Part shown: one piece after another, positions 45,825 through 55,483 of the stretch | Numbering within the stretch: position 1 is the first letter of the stretch | Layout of the letters: each line of letters begins with the position of its first letter | Origin: Sandaracinaceae bacterium | GTDB lineage: Bacteria > Myxococcota_A > Polyangia > Polyangiales > Sandaracinaceae | DNA length: 64,000 nt | NCBI GenBank assembly: GCA_044220955.1 | Contig: JBGAQA010000004.1 | Location: forward strand, 61,403 to 125,402 | Direction: 5' to 3' | The notes under the pieces: generated by a model | What the model saw: only the letters and a program-made list of their open reading frames with translations | What the model was told of the DNA's origin: nothing | The model's database searches: none | Made by a program: the position numbers and the translations under genes

Positions 45825-46853
45825 TCAGAAGCTCCCGTCCACGCGGACGCCGGCGCCGCCTGGAAGGCCGATCAGCGAGACCGCGGGCGGCTCGTCCTGC
45901 GCGCTCGCGCCACCGCCGCCCCAGTCGGTCAGCACCGCCAGCAGCACCGACGTCGCCGCGAGCGCACCCGTCACGCCCCACATCACGTCGGTTCGAATCT
46001 CGCGGCCCTGTCCAGCTTGGAGGGCGGCCTCGGTCGGGTTCGCCTGGTAGCCCGGGACGCCGTCGTACATGTCGACGGCCGACCAGGTGAGGATCGCCCC
46101 GGAGACCGCGGTCAGACCCGCGGCCGTGATGAAGATCGCGGGGTGCAGGCCGCTGCTCGAGGGCGGCGGCGGCGGCGGCGGCTCGGTCGTCGGCGGAGGC
46201 GGGGCGATGGCGACCTCGACGGCTGGCGGCGGCGGCGGCGGCGGCGGGCGCACGAAGCTCAGCGCTTGCGTCTCGCCGGCGGCGCCCGTCGTCGACTGCG
46301 CTGCGGCCGCTCCCGTGTCGAAGGTCGCGCGGACGCTGTGCGACGTGGCCGGATCGACGAAGAACGAGCCGAAGTCCTCGATCGTGCCGTCGAGCTCGAT
46401 CGCGCACGTCGCATCGCAGGTCACCTCGACGCGGAGGTAGTGCGCGGTCGCGTGTCGCAGCGTCAGCTGCGCCTGTCGCGCGGCCTGCCGCTCGCTGCCG
46501 TAGAGCGCCTGCAGCCTCAGCGCGAGCGAGCCCGCGCGAACGGCTCCGTCCGAGTGCTCGTGCGCGCGGATCGCCTGGATCAGCGCGGGAGCGCTGGGCG
46601 CGAGCCGGTAGGCGGTCTCGAACAGGGTCGCCGCGCGCCCGTACTCGTGCGCGAGATACGCCGCCGTCCCGCGATCGTACGCCTCACCGGCGGCAGCTCG
46701 GTCGCTGGCGCTGGGCTCCGTCTGGGCTCGGGCGGGCGAGGCGGCCGAGAGGGCCCCGAGCGCGAGGATCGCGAGCGCGACTCCACGGACCCATCCGTGA
46801 AGACACACTGCCACGAGGCGCTTCGAGCGCCCGCCTGCTCGGTCACCGCACAC
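45825..46853 (-). CDS. secreted TPR-like/PEGA-like protein with poly-Pro linker and C-terminal membrane anchor
   Basis: Signal ...SAASPARAQ. YLRVEVTCDATCAIELDG. Two PPPPPPP tracts and two hydrophobic helices. One nt separates its stop from the kinase start. Confidence 0.7.
   Translation of the reverse strand: MCGDRAGGRSKRLVAVCLHGWVRGVALAILALGALSAASPARAQTEPSASDRAAAGEAYDRGTAAYLAHEYGRAATLFETAYRLAPSAPALIQAIRAHEHSDGAVRAGSLALRLQALYGSERQAARQAQLTLRHATAHYLRVEVTCDATCAIELDGTIEDFGSFFVDPATSHSVRATFDTGAAAAQSTTGAAGETQALSFVRPPPPPPPPAVEVAIAPPPPTTEPPPPPPPSSSGLHPAIFITAAGLTAVSGAILTWSAVDMYDGVPGYQANPTEAALQAGQGREIRTDVMWGVTGALAATSVLLAVLTDWGGGGASAQDEPPAVSLIGLPGGAGVRVDGSF
46162..46182 (-). repeat. (GGC)7 microsatellite encoding poly-Pro
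   Basis: Counted directly. A second (GGC)7 lies at 46225-46245. Confidence 0.9.
46225..46245 (-). repeat. (GGC)7 microsatellite encoding poly-Pro
   Basis: Counted directly. Confidence 0.9.
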
Positions 46854-46947
46854 GAAGTCGATCCTGGGTGCAATGATGCCGACGCCTTCCTCGCAGCGTC
46901 AAGCGCCGCGCTCGCGCGTGCGTACGGAGGTGTGGTTGAATGGGGGC

Positions 46948-48702
46948 ATGACGACGAATGACGCGTTGCGGCGGAGCGCCGAGCGCTGGATGGCCGACGA
47001 CCCCGACCCGGACACCCGCGCCGAGATCGCGGCGCTGCTCGTGAGCCTCGGCGGCGGCGCCGACCTCGCGGATCGCTTCTCGCAGCGGCTCGAGTTCGGG
47101 ACGGCGGGCCTGCGCGGCGTGATCGGCGCCGGACCGAACCGCATGAACGTGAAGGTCGTCCGCGAGGCGACCGCAGGGCTCTGTGCCTACCTGATGGCGA
47201 CGACCGAGGGCGCGCGCGAGCGCGGCATCGCGATCGGCCGTGACGGCCGGCGCATGAGCCCCGAGTTCGCGGACGAGGCCGCCGAGGTCGCGCTCGGCGC
47301 GGGCTTCCGCGTGATGATGTTCGACCGTCCCACGCCGACGCCGATCCTCGGGTTCGTGGTGAAGGAAGCGAACGCCGCCGCCGGGATCATGATCACCGCG
47401 AGCCACAACCCGCCCGAGTACAACGGCTACAAGGTCTACTGGGGCAACGGCGCCCAGATCATCCCGCCCCACGATCACGGCATCGCGAAAGAGATCGATG
47501 GCAGCGCGCCCGCGACGAAGCTGCCGCGCAAGTCGCCGGCGGCGGCCGGCGATCGCTTCCGGTGGCTCGGAGACGGCGAGATCGATCGCTATCACGCGGC
47601 GATCCAGAAGCTCGTCGTCCGTCCGAAGGGCCCGCGCGATCTCGCGATCGCGTACACGGCGCTGCACGGCGTCGGCGACGTCCCTTGCCGGCGCGGCCTC
47701 GCGGAGGCGGGGTTCACGAACGTTCGCTCGGCGCAGGCGCAGGCGCAGCCGGACGGCGCGTTCCCGACGGTGCGCTTCCCGAATCCGGAGGAGAAGGGCG
47801 CGATGGATCTCGTGCTCTCGCTCGCGCGCGAGATGAAGGCCGACCTGGTCGTCGCGAACGATCCCGACGCCGATCGGCTCGCGATCGCGGTGCCTCGCGG
47901 CGACGGCGGCTACGTCCAGCTCTCGGGCAACGACGTGGGGTGCCTGCTCGCGCACTACCTCCTGAGCGAGGGAGATCCGAGCGGCGATCGCGCCGTGCTG
48001 AGCTCGATCGTCAGCTCGCCGATGCTCGGCGCCATCGCGCGCGCGCACGGCGCGTACTGGGAGGAGACGCTCACGGGCTTCAAGTGGATCGCGAACCGCG
48101 CGATGGACCTCGAGGCGTCCGGCAAGCGCTTCGTCATGGGGTACGAAGAGGCGCTCGGGTACACCATCGGGGACGTGGTGCGCGACAAGGATGGGGTGAG
48201 CGCGGCGCTGGTGTTCGCCGACCTCGCGGCCTGGTGCCGCGAGCGGGGGACCAGCGTGCTCGGCGAGCTCGACGCGATGGCGCGCCGCTATGGCCTCTAC
48301 CTGTCGCGGCAGGTCTCGGTGACGATGAAGGGCCAGGATGGCGCGGCGAAGATCGCGGCGATCATGAGCGCCGTGCGCGCCGCGCCCCCGGCCTCGCTCG
48401 GGCGCTACCGCGTCGAGGCCGTGATGGACCTGCAAGCGCGAGCGCGCGTCCGCGGCGCCCTGCGCGAGCCCCTCGCTCTGCCGCCCTCGAACGCGATCGC
48501 GCTCGAGCTCGAGGGCGGACACCGCGTCATGCTCCGCCCGAGCGGGACCGAGCCGAAGATCAAGTACTACTTCGACGTATGCGAGCGCGTCGCGGACGCC
48601 GAGACGGTGAGCGACGCGCGCGCGCGCGGCGAGATCGCGGTCAGCGCACTGGTGGAGGCGTTCACCTCGATGGTCGAGGCGAAGGCGAAGGGCCCGGCGT
48701 GA
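46948..48702 (+). CDS. alpha-D-phosphohexomutase (phosphoglucomutase/phosphomannomutase, PgcA/PGM2-like)
   Basis: Active-site loop TASHNPPEYNGYK, metal loop ANDPDADR, sugar-binding GYEEALG, phosphate loop RPSGTEPK. Confidence 0.9.
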   Translation: MTTNDALRRSAERWMADDPDPDTRAEIAALLVSLGGGADLADRFSQRLEFGTAGLRGVIGAGPNRMNVKVVREATAGLCAYLMATTEGARERGIAIGRDGRRMSPEFADEAAEVALGAGFRVMMFDRPTPTPILGFVVKEANAAAGIMITASHNPPEYNGYKVYWGNGAQIIPPHDHGIAKEIDGSAPATKLPRKSPAAAGDRFRWLGDGEIDRYHAAIQKLVVRPKGPRDLAIAYTALHGVGDVPCRRGLAEAGFTNVRSAQAQAQPDGAFPTVRFPNPEEKGAMDLVLSLAREMKADLVVANDPDADRLAIAVPRGDGGYVQLSGNDVGCLLAHYLLSEGDPSGDRAVLSSIVSSPMLGAIARAHGAYWEETLTGFKWIANRAMDLEASGKRFVMGYEEALGYTIGDVVRDKDGVSAALVFADLAAWCRERGTSVLGELDAMARRYGLYLSRQVSVTMKGQDGAAKIAAIMSAVRAAPPASLGRYRVEAVMDLQARARVRGALREPLALPPSNAIALELEGGHRVMLRPSGTEPKIKYYFDVCERVADAETVSDARARGEIAVSALVEAFTSMVEAKAKGPA

Positions 48703-49583
48703 TGCGCGGCATGCTCGTCGCGCTCTGGCTCGCGCTCCCGTCGGCAGCGCTCGCGCAGGCCGCCGCGCCGGACGCCGAGCTCGCCGCGATCCGCGAGCAG
48801 GTCCTCTACGCCTCGTATCCGGACGCGATCGAGCAAGCGAACGCGCTGCTCGCTCGCACCGACCTCGACGCGGCGCAGCGCAACACCGCCTTGGAGCTGC
48901 TCGCGACGGCGCAGATCGCCAACCAGGAGCCGGACGCGGCCCGCGAGACGCTGCGCCTGCTCTACGCGCGCGACCCGGGCTTCCGCCTGACGGACGCCGA
49001 CGCGAGCCCGCCCGTCGTCAGCGCGTTCGCCCGCGCGCGCGAGGCGCACCCCGAGCCGGTGCGCGTCACGCTCGGCCACAGCTCGCCCGGGACGCTCTCG
49101 CGCCGCGAATCGCCTGCGATCACGGTGCACCTCCTCGACGGCGCGGACGCGGTGGGCGAGGTGCGCCTCGCGTACCGTCACGCGGGGGATCCCGGCTACT
49201 CGCGCGTCGTGCTCGATCGACACCCCGACGGCTCCTACGTCGCGCGCATCCCGGTGATCGGGGCGACCGAGCAGGCGATCGACGTCGCGTACTATCTCAC
49301 CGCGGTGTCGCCGAGCGGCACCGAGCTCGGCCACCTCGGCAGCGACGCCCAGCCGCTCGCGCTGCGGATCCCGGGCGACGTGCCCCGCGCCGACGCGATC
49401 CCGCCCGGCGCGATCTCGGACGCGCCGCCGCAGCGAGGCGGCGACGTCGCGAGCGAGCCCTGGTTCTGGATCCTCGTCGGCGCCCTGGCGATCGGCGCGG
49501 GCGTGGGGATCGGCCTCGGCGTCGACGCCGCCACGCGCGGGCCCGAGGGGGGCACGCTCGGGACCGTCACGCTCATGCACTGA
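48702..49583 (+). CDS. secreted helical/Ig-like protein with Gly-rich C-terminal anchor
   Basis: Signal ALAQAAAP. DPGFRL...SPPVVSAFARAREA block shared with the 22117-23271 protein. Anchor WFWILVGALAIGAGVGIGLGV. ATG overlaps the mutase stop (TGATG). Confidence 0.7.
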   Translation: MRGMLVALWLALPSAALAQAAAPDAELAAIREQVLYASYPDAIEQANALLARTDLDAAQRNTALELLATAQIANQEPDAARETLRLLYARDPGFRLTDADASPPVVSAFARAREAHPEPVRVTLGHSSPGTLSRRESPAITVHLLDGADAVGEVRLAYRHAGDPGYSRVVLDRHPDGSYVARIPVIGATEQAIDVAYYLTAVSPSGTELGHLGSDAQPLALRIPGDVPRADAIPPGAISDAPPQRGGDVASEPWFWILVGALAIGAGVGIGLGVDAATRGPEGGTLGTVTLMH

Positions 49584-49595
49584 ACGAGGCCCGCC

Positions 49596-50657
49596 ATGAC
49601 GCTCCCTCACAGGTCGATGTCCCTCGCGCTCGTCGCCACCGTCCTCGCTTGCTCGCAGGCCAGCCCCGCCGTCGACGCGGCGGCTCCGGTGGACGCCGCG
49701 CTCGCGGTCGATGCCGGGAGCGACGCCGCGAGCGCGTGCGCGGACGTGACGGGCGCGTACGTGCTGGGTGGCGGCTGTACGAGCACCGCGGTCGCGCCGA
49801 TCCCGCTGGTCTGCGTGACCGCGCAGACCGCCTGTCATGCCGAGGTCCAGTACGCGGTGTTTCCTCCGGCCGAGGTGTCGGGCTCCATCCGCGGCGCGTC
49901 CGTGAGCTTCGCGGGCTGCACGCTGGAGACGGGCTCGGTCGCGAGCCTGCACTGCGACGTGCCCGGGGGCGCGACGTGCGACGGGAGCGGCACGCGCGTC
50001 GACGTGCCCGGCGCGGGCGGCTACTGCTGCGCGGCCGGGAGCGCGAGCGCCTGCGCGAGCGGTGAGCGCTGCACGATCGTGAGCACCGACTCGGCCAACA
50101 CGCAGACGCTGACTGCGTGCGTCGCGGCCGGGAGCCTCGCCGAGGGCGCGCGCTGCACCCGCACCGGAGGACGCGTCGGGCAGGACGACTGCGGCCCGGG
50201 CCTGTTCTGTGCGAACACGCGCCAGCCGGACCTCGCGACGCGCGTCTGCCAGCGCCTCTGCTCGAGCGAGGCCGACTGCACGAGCGGCGAGCGCTGCCTC
50301 TGGCTCGGCAGCACGCCGCCCGCCGGCGTCTGCACGGCCGCGTGCACGATCGGCGGGTCGGACTGCCCGACCGGCACCACCTGTCGCGCCGGCACCTCGC
50401 TGATCGCGGGCGCACCGACGCCGGCGCAGCGCTACGCGACGTTCTGCCACCAGGCCGGCGCCGGGCTGCTCGCCGGGGCGTGCGACGATCCGACCGACTG
50501 CGGGCCGAACCTGACGTGCCCGCTCTCGGGCGACTCCGCCACGGTGGCCAACACGTGCCGCCCGACGTGCGACGCCACGCATCCCTGCGCCAGCGGCACC
50601 TGCACGGCCTTCGCCGGGGTCCCCAATCCCGCCGGCGCCGGGTTCTGCGCTCCGTAG
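49596..50657 (+). CDS. cysteine-rich lipoprotein
   Basis: Lipobox LVATVLACS and about 30 Cys. Starts 12 nt after the upstream gene. Confidence 0.7.
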   Translation: MTLPHRSMSLALVATVLACSQASPAVDAAAPVDAALAVDAGSDAASACADVTGAYVLGGGCTSTAVAPIPLVCVTAQTACHAEVQYAVFPPAEVSGSIRGASVSFAGCTLETGSVASLHCDVPGGATCDGSGTRVDVPGAGGYCCAAGSASACASGERCTIVSTDSANTQTLTACVAAGSLAEGARCTRTGGRVGQDDCGPGLFCANTRQPDLATRVCQRLCSSEADCTSGERCLWLGSTPPAGVCTAACTIGGSDCPTGTTCRAGTSLIAGAPTPAQRYATFCHQAGAGLLAGACDDPTDCGPNLTCPLSGDSATVANTCRPTCDATHPCASGTCTAFAGVPNPAGAGFCAP

Positions 50658-50778
50658 CGCGCAGGTCGCGCGAGGCGTTTTCGGCACTCCCCGCATCCGG
50701 CTCCGGGTGCTATGTTCTCCACGTCTCGAAAGGCGTGGACCGGCAGCTCGCCGGCCGCGACTGGACGTGACGACCGAC

Positions 50779-51693
50779 ATGACCCAGCCGATCCCGCGCG
50801 TATCTCGCGTGACCGTCCCCGTCTTGCGTCAGATGAAGTCCGATCACCGTACCGGTCGGACCGGCGAGCGGATCGCGATGGTCACCGCGTACGACGCGAC
50901 GTTCGCGCGCATGCTCGACGAGGCCGGCGTCGACGTGCTGCTCGTCGGTGACTCGCTCGGAATGGTCGTCCAGGGTCTCGACTCGACCTTGCCCGTCACG
51001 CTCGACGAGATGGTCTACCACTGCCGCGCCGTCGCACGGGGCGTGCGCGCGGGCAAGGACGGCGGGCGAGCGCTCGTCGTGGGCGATCTGCCTTTCATGA
51101 CCTATCAGGTGTCGCCCGAGGAGGCGCTGCGCAGCGCCGGGCGCTTCCTCTCGGAGGGCGGCGCGCACGCGGTGAAGCTCGAGGGTGGCGTCTCGATCGC
51201 GCCCACCATCGCGCGCCTCGTCGAGGTCGGCATCCCCGTGATGGGCCACATCGGCCTCACGCCGCAGAGCGTGCACGCGATGGGCGGCTTCAAGGTCCAG
51301 GGCAAGACGGAGAGCGACGCGGCCCGTGTGATGGCCGACGCGCGCGCCGTGGCCGACGCGGGCGCGTTCGCGATCGTCCTCGAGGGGATCCCGATGGACC
51401 TCGCACGCCGGATCACCCTGGAGCTCGAGATCCCCACGATCGGCATCGGCGCCGGTGTGCACTGCGACGGACAGGTGCTCGTGAGCTACGATCTGCTCGG
51501 GCTCACGCCGAACCTGCGGCCGAAGTTCGTGAAGCGCTTCGCCGAGCTCTACGAGGACGGAAAGCGCGCGACGCAGGCGTTCGTCGACGAGGTGAAGCGC
51601 AGCGCCTTCCCGACCGACGAGCACTCGTTCGGCGTCGGCGCGAGCGCGGCCGCGGTCGCGGTGCCGCCGCCGGGCACGTACGGTCCCCACTGA
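50779..51693 (+). CDS. panB: 3-methyl-2-oxobutanoate hydroxymethyltransferase
   Basis: [29 protein letters not shown] and GHIGLTPQS blocks. Confidence 0.95.
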   Translation: MTQPIPRVSRVTVPVLRQMKSDHRTGRTGERIAMVTAYDATFARMLDEAGVDVLLVGDSLGMVVQGLDSTLPVTLDEMVYHCRAVARGVRAGKDGGRALVVGDLPFMTYQVSPEEALRSAGRFLSEGGAHAVKLEGGVSIAPTIARLVEVGIPVMGHIGLTPQSVHAMGGFKVQGKTESDAARVMADARAVADAGAFAIVLEGIPMDLARRITLELEIPTIGIGAGVHCDGQVLVSYDLLGLTPNLRPKFVKRFAELYEDGKRATQAFVDEVKRSAFPTDEHSFGVGASAAAVAVPPPGTYGPH

Positions 51694-51707
51694 GCCGAGG
51701 TCCGGCT

Positions 51708-52568
51708 TTGACACGCATCGTCGAGAGTCCGGCAGCGTTTCGCGGCGCCCTCGAGGTGGCTCGGGCGATGGGACATCGCGTGGGCTTCGTCCCGACGATG
51801 GGCGCGCTCCACGACGGGCACCTCGCGCTCGTCAGCGAGGCGCGCTCGCAGGGCGCGAGCTTCGTCGCGGTGTCGCTCTTCGTGAACCCGACGCAGTTCG
51901 GGCCGAGCGAGGACTTCACGCGCTACCCGCGCACCTTCGATCAGGACTTCGCGCGCTGCCGCGACGCGAAGGTGGACGTGCTCTTCGCGCCGCAGCGCGA
52001 GGCGATGTACCCGCCCGGCTTCTCGTCGGTCGTGGAGGTGAAGGGCCTCACCGACGTGCTCGAGGGCGTGCACCGGCCCGGGCACTTCGCAGGCGTCGCG
52101 ACGGTCGTCTGCAAGCTCTTCGGGCTCGCCGCGCCCTGCGTCGCCGTGTTCGGCCGCAAGGACTACCAGCAGTGGAAGGTCGTCGAGCGCATGACGCGCG
52201 ACCTCGATCTGCCCGTCGAGATCGCCGCGATGCCGACGGTGCGCGAGCCGGACGGCCTCGCGCTCAGCTCGCGCAACCGCTACCTCTCGCCGGAGGAGCG
52301 CGAGCGCGCGCTGGGGATCGCGCGCGGCATCCGCGCCGCGATGCACGCGTTCGACGAGGGCGAGCGCAAGGCCGCCTCGCTGCTCTCGCTCGCGCGGGCC
52401 GAGATCGAGCCCGCGTTCGACGCGATCGACTACGTCGCCATCGCCGACGCCGACACCCTTCAGCCCCTCGACCGCGTCGAGGAGCGCGCGCTCCTCGCCG
52501 TCGCCGCGAAGATCGGAAAGACACGGCTCATCGACAACGTCGTGTTCGGCGAAGACCGCGTGCCCTGA
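51708..52568 (+). CDS. panC: pantoate--beta-alanine ligase
   Basis: VPTMGALHDGHL, SLFVNPTQFGP and FGRKDYQQ blocks. TTG start. Confidence 0.95.
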   Translation: MTRIVESPAAFRGALEVARAMGHRVGFVPTMGALHDGHLALVSEARSQGASFVAVSLFVNPTQFGPSEDFTRYPRTFDQDFARCRDAKVDVLFAPQREAMYPPGFSSVVEVKGLTDVLEGVHRPGHFAGVATVVCKLFGLAAPCVAVFGRKDYQQWKVVERMTRDLDLPVEIAAMPTVREPDGLALSSRNRYLSPEERERALGIARGIRAAMHAFDEGERKAASLLSLARAEIEPAFDAIDYVAIADADTLQPLDRVEERALLAVAAKIGKTRLIDNVVFGEDRVP

Positions 52569-52574
52569 CGCCCG

Positions 52575-53360
52575 TCACCAGACGAACGGGACGATGGCGC
52601 GGCGCTCCTTCGGGTAGTCGGGGAACTTGTCGTGGTACCAGCGGTGGTGCGTCACCGCGCGCGGGGCGAGGTTGGCGAACGTGTAGACGGTGAACGCGAG
52701 GCCCGCGAGGGACCACGTCGCGATGGCCCAGCCCGCCCACTCGAGGATCTCGCCGAAGTAGTTCGGGCACGTGATGAAGCGGTAGAGGCCGCCGTGCGGG
52801 ATCTTGTAGCCGGTCTCGCCCGGCTTCCTGAGGTTCATCAGCACCCAGTCGGCGTGCTGGTTGATCGCGAACCCGGTGGCGAACACGGCAGCGCCGACGA
52901 CGAAGCGGGCGTCGTGGAGCCAGCTCGCGTCGTAGGTCCCGAGCTCCGATACCCAGCGAGCGTTGACGTACGCGTTCAGCAGGTTGAACACGATCGCCGT
53001 CGCGACGATCGAGAGCGGCGTCGTCTTCCCGTCCGCCTTGATGCGGAAGGGGAAGACGAACGTGCGGTTCACGTAGTGGATCTGCCAGATCAGGAGCAGC
53101 GCGAGCGGCGCCGGCTCGAGGGCGTGCCGGCCGGCGACGTAGATGGCCGCCCAGCCGACGCACGCCGGCAGCTCCATGAGCACCCAGCCGAGCCGCTGCG
53201 AGACCTCCGGGCCCCAGCCCTTGCGGGCGTGCCGGCCGTAGGGCGCGCTGACCACGAACAGAGAGAGAAAGGTGAGGGTCCCGAGCCCGAGCTCCGCCCA
53301 CGTCGCGTATCGATGCAGCTCCAGTTCGGGCACGGCCGCGGAGGATAATCGGATCGACAC
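52575..53360 (-). CDS. 3-oxo-5-alpha-steroid 4-dehydrogenase (steroid 5-alpha-reductase) family membrane protein
   Basis: C-terminal signature GGLYRFITCPNYFGEILEWAGWAIATWS...HRWYHDKFPDYPKERRAIVPFVW. Confidence 0.8.
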   Translation of the reverse strand: MSIRLSSAAVPELELHRYATWAELGLGTLTFLSLFVVSAPYGRHARKGWGPEVSQRLGWVLMELPACVGWAAIYVAGRHALEPAPLALLLIWQIHYVNRTFVFPFRIKADGKTTPLSIVATAIVFNLLNAYVNARWVSELGTYDASWLHDARFVVGAAVFATGFAINQHADWVLMNLRKPGETGYKIPHGGLYRFITCPNYFGEILEWAGWAIATWSLAGLAFTVYTFANLAPRAVTHHRWYHDKFPDYPKERRAIVPFVW

Positions 53361-53405
53361 GGGCGATTGAACAAAACCCGGGTGTTCGTCAGTCTAAAGC
53401 GCGCC

Positions 53406-53978
53406 ATGGCCCGTTTCGTACTGTTTGCGCCTGCAATCGTCGTCCTCGCGCTCGTCCTCGAGCCACGTCTCGCGCACACCCAGGACGCCGGCACCGCCGC
53501 CGCGCCGACGCGCACCGAGGACGAGCTGCGCGCGCTCTACGCGGGCGCGTGGAACCTGACGGTCAGCCACGCGAGCGGGCAGGCGACGATCGATCGCGGC
53601 ATCGAGCGCTGCGTGAGCGAGATGAACTACTTCGTGCAGAGCATCGCGCGCAGCCAGATGACCGAGCAGACGCCGGTCAACGACCGCATCGACATCGCGT
53701 TCCCGGACGGGCAGATCACCATCGGCTTCGACGGGCGCTTCACGTACACGACCCGCCCCGGCGTCTCGCAGGACTTCGACCTGCCCGACGGCGCCTCGGT
53801 CACGGTGCGCCAGTACTTCCGCGACGGTCATCTCGAGCAGTACTTCGAGCACTCGCTCGGCCGTCGCTGGAACGTGTACGCGCTGAGCGCCGACGGGCAC
53901 ACGATGACCGTGCGCGCGACGCAGCAAGGGCCGATGATGCCCGTGCCGATGAGCTTCGCGCTCGACTACCGCCAGTAG
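53406..53978 (+). CDS. secreted hypothetical protein
   Basis: Signal MARFVLFAPAIVVLALVLEPRLAHTQ and balanced composition. Confidence 0.65.
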   Translation: MARFVLFAPAIVVLALVLEPRLAHTQDAGTAAAPTRTEDELRALYAGAWNLTVSHASGQATIDRGIERCVSEMNYFVQSIARSQMTEQTPVNDRIDIAFPDGQITIGFDGRFTYTTRPGVSQDFDLPDGASVTVRQYFRDGHLEQYFEHSLGRRWNVYALSADGHTMTVRATQQGPMMPVPMSFALDYRQ

Positions 53979-54035
53979 GAAATTTGGGCGCGATCAGGAG
54001 CGCGCGTAGGGTCGGCTGGAAGGAGAGGTCCGCCC

Positions 54036-54365
54036 ATGCCGCTCAAGACGTCGCCCGCCGCCGATCGCCGCATCCACAAGGTCTATGTGACGCGCAACAC
54101 GGAGTACCACCTGCGCAAGGACCAGTGCGTGGCGGTGCGCGACCGGCGCAGCGGCGAGTGGCTCCGCGCCCACCTCGCGCTCAAGCAGCGCATCCACGGC
54201 GGGCTCAAGTTCAGCCGTCAGGGCGGCATCCACGCGACCGTCGGCCTGCCCGACGTGGGCGAGTCGATGTTCTTCCACGCCGAGGGCCGCGACCTCGTGA
54301 CGAGCCCCGTGCTCTCGATCGATCGCCCGGCCCGTGGAGTGGTCGCCCGCTACCCGGGCGCGTGA
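54036..54365 (+). CDS. small conserved hypothetical protein (109 aa)
   Basis: AAGGAGAGG lies 7 nt before the ATG. Balanced composition. Confidence 0.7.
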   Translation: MPLKTSPAADRRIHKVYVTRNTEYHLRKDQCVAVRDRRSGEWLRAHLALKQRIHGGLKFSRQGGIHATVGLPDVGESMFFHAEGRDLVTSPVLSIDRPARGVVARYPGA

Positions 54366-54377
54366 CAGGATCCCCGC

Positions 54378-55286
54378 ATGCGTACGTGGCTGCCCGGCTC
54401 GCTCCTCCTCGCGCTCGTGGGCGCGGCGTCGCCGGCACTCGCGCAGTCCGGTGATCGCGCCCTCACCTCGCTCGACGCGGTGCAGAGCGCCTGCCGTGCC
54501 GCCGACCAGGACGGCAACACGACCTCGCTCTACTCGGTCACGGTGGACAACCCGTGGCGTTTCGACGAGCGCGACGAGGACTTCCTCCCACTCGACACGC
54601 GTCGCAACCTGCGCGCGTTCTCCGGCTCGGTGGAGCTCTTGCCCTCGCACATGGAGATGATCGGATTCGTCGCGAGCACCGCGCGCGGCGCCGAGCTCGA
54701 GGCGGCGCGCAGCTCGGGGGCGCGCCTGCGCGTGGGCTTCTTCCTGGGCTTCGACGACCCGGAGCGCTCGAGCTGCCTCATCCGACCGCGCGCGGGCGTG
54801 ACGCTCGTGCGCATGGACGTGGCGTTCGTCGAGCTGGTCGACGGCTCCGGACGCCTCGTCGCGCGCGAGGACACCGAGCGCTACCGGTCGTGGCACGACG
54901 ACGAGGGGCGCGACGGAATTCCGGGGACGGGGCCGCGCGCTGCGGTCGGCACGGCCACCATCGCCGACGGCGCAGCCGTTCCGGACAACTGGGCACGGGC
55001 CATCCGCGCCGCCGCCGCCGGCGCGCTCGTCCGGACGCTCGGCGCCTGTCACGCGGCCGGCGTCACGCGGGGCGCCTCGCCCGAGGCGACCATCCGCGTG
55101 CGCCTTCACGTCGAGGGCCGAACCGGTCACGTGGTCGAGTCCTCGGTCGAGATCGCGAACGTCGGCGACACGGACGAGGTCGACTGCATCGTGGAGGCCG
55201 TGGGTCACCTCGACCTCCCGGCCGCGACCGGCGACGTGGCCGCGCGAGCCGTGGATCTCTCGATCCCGATCACGCTGGCGAACTGA
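54378..55286 (+). CDS. secreted protein with AgmX/PglI-type (TonB-C-like) C-terminal domain, tentative
   Basis: Signal LVGAASPALAQ. C-terminal CHAAG...IRVRLHVEGRTGHVVESSVE...VDCIVEAVGHLDLP resembles that domain. Confidence 0.6.
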   Translation: MRTWLPGSLLLALVGAASPALAQSGDRALTSLDAVQSACRAADQDGNTTSLYSVTVDNPWRFDERDEDFLPLDTRRNLRAFSGSVELLPSHMEMIGFVASTARGAELEAARSSGARLRVGFFLGFDDPERSSCLIRPRAGVTLVRMDVAFVELVDGSGRLVAREDTERYRSWHDDEGRDGIPGTGPRAAVGTATIADGAAVPDNWARAIRAAAAGALVRTLGACHAAGVTRGASPEATIRVRLHVEGRTGHVVESSVEIANVGDTDEVDCIVEAVGHLDLPAATGDVAARAVDLSIPITLAN

Positions 55287-55483
55287 CCGACGCTCGTGCC
55301 CCGATCGGACTGCGCTCGGGTCGAGCGCGATCGACCGGAGTGCTCGCCGACGGCGGGCCGACGCACTCGTGTCGTGTCCGCGGAGCGGACGCGTCCGGTT
55401 GATCGTCGGCCAGGCCGCGTCGCGATGCGAGTGCCCGCGGCCAGCTCGAGGTCGGCCGGCCCGAGGAGGCGGTCCTCACAGCG

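Noticed and set aside
46865-46879. TGGGTGC-AATG-ATGC upstream of the phosphohexomutase gene, with correct GG-N10-GC spacing.
   Set aside because: Only 7 of 11 consensus positions match, and the TGGCAC core is poor. This is not distinguishable from background without a genome-wide score distribution.
53367-53405. ATG 53367 start for the secreted protein (MNKTRVFVSLKRA...) and a TTGAAC/TCTAAA promoter-like pair in the same AT-richer patch.
   Set aside because: The 13 extra residues precede a canonical signal peptide that begins at ATG 53406. The -35/-10 spacing is 20 nt, which is too long. I kept 53406 as the start and made no promoter call.
55376-55397. Short hairpins (GTCCGC-gga-GCGGAC and CGGAC-gc-GTCCG) in the 197-nt convergent gap after 54378-55286.
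   Set aside because: The stems are only 5-6 bp with 2-3 nt loops, are mutually exclusive, and lack U tracts. This is too weak to call a terminator.
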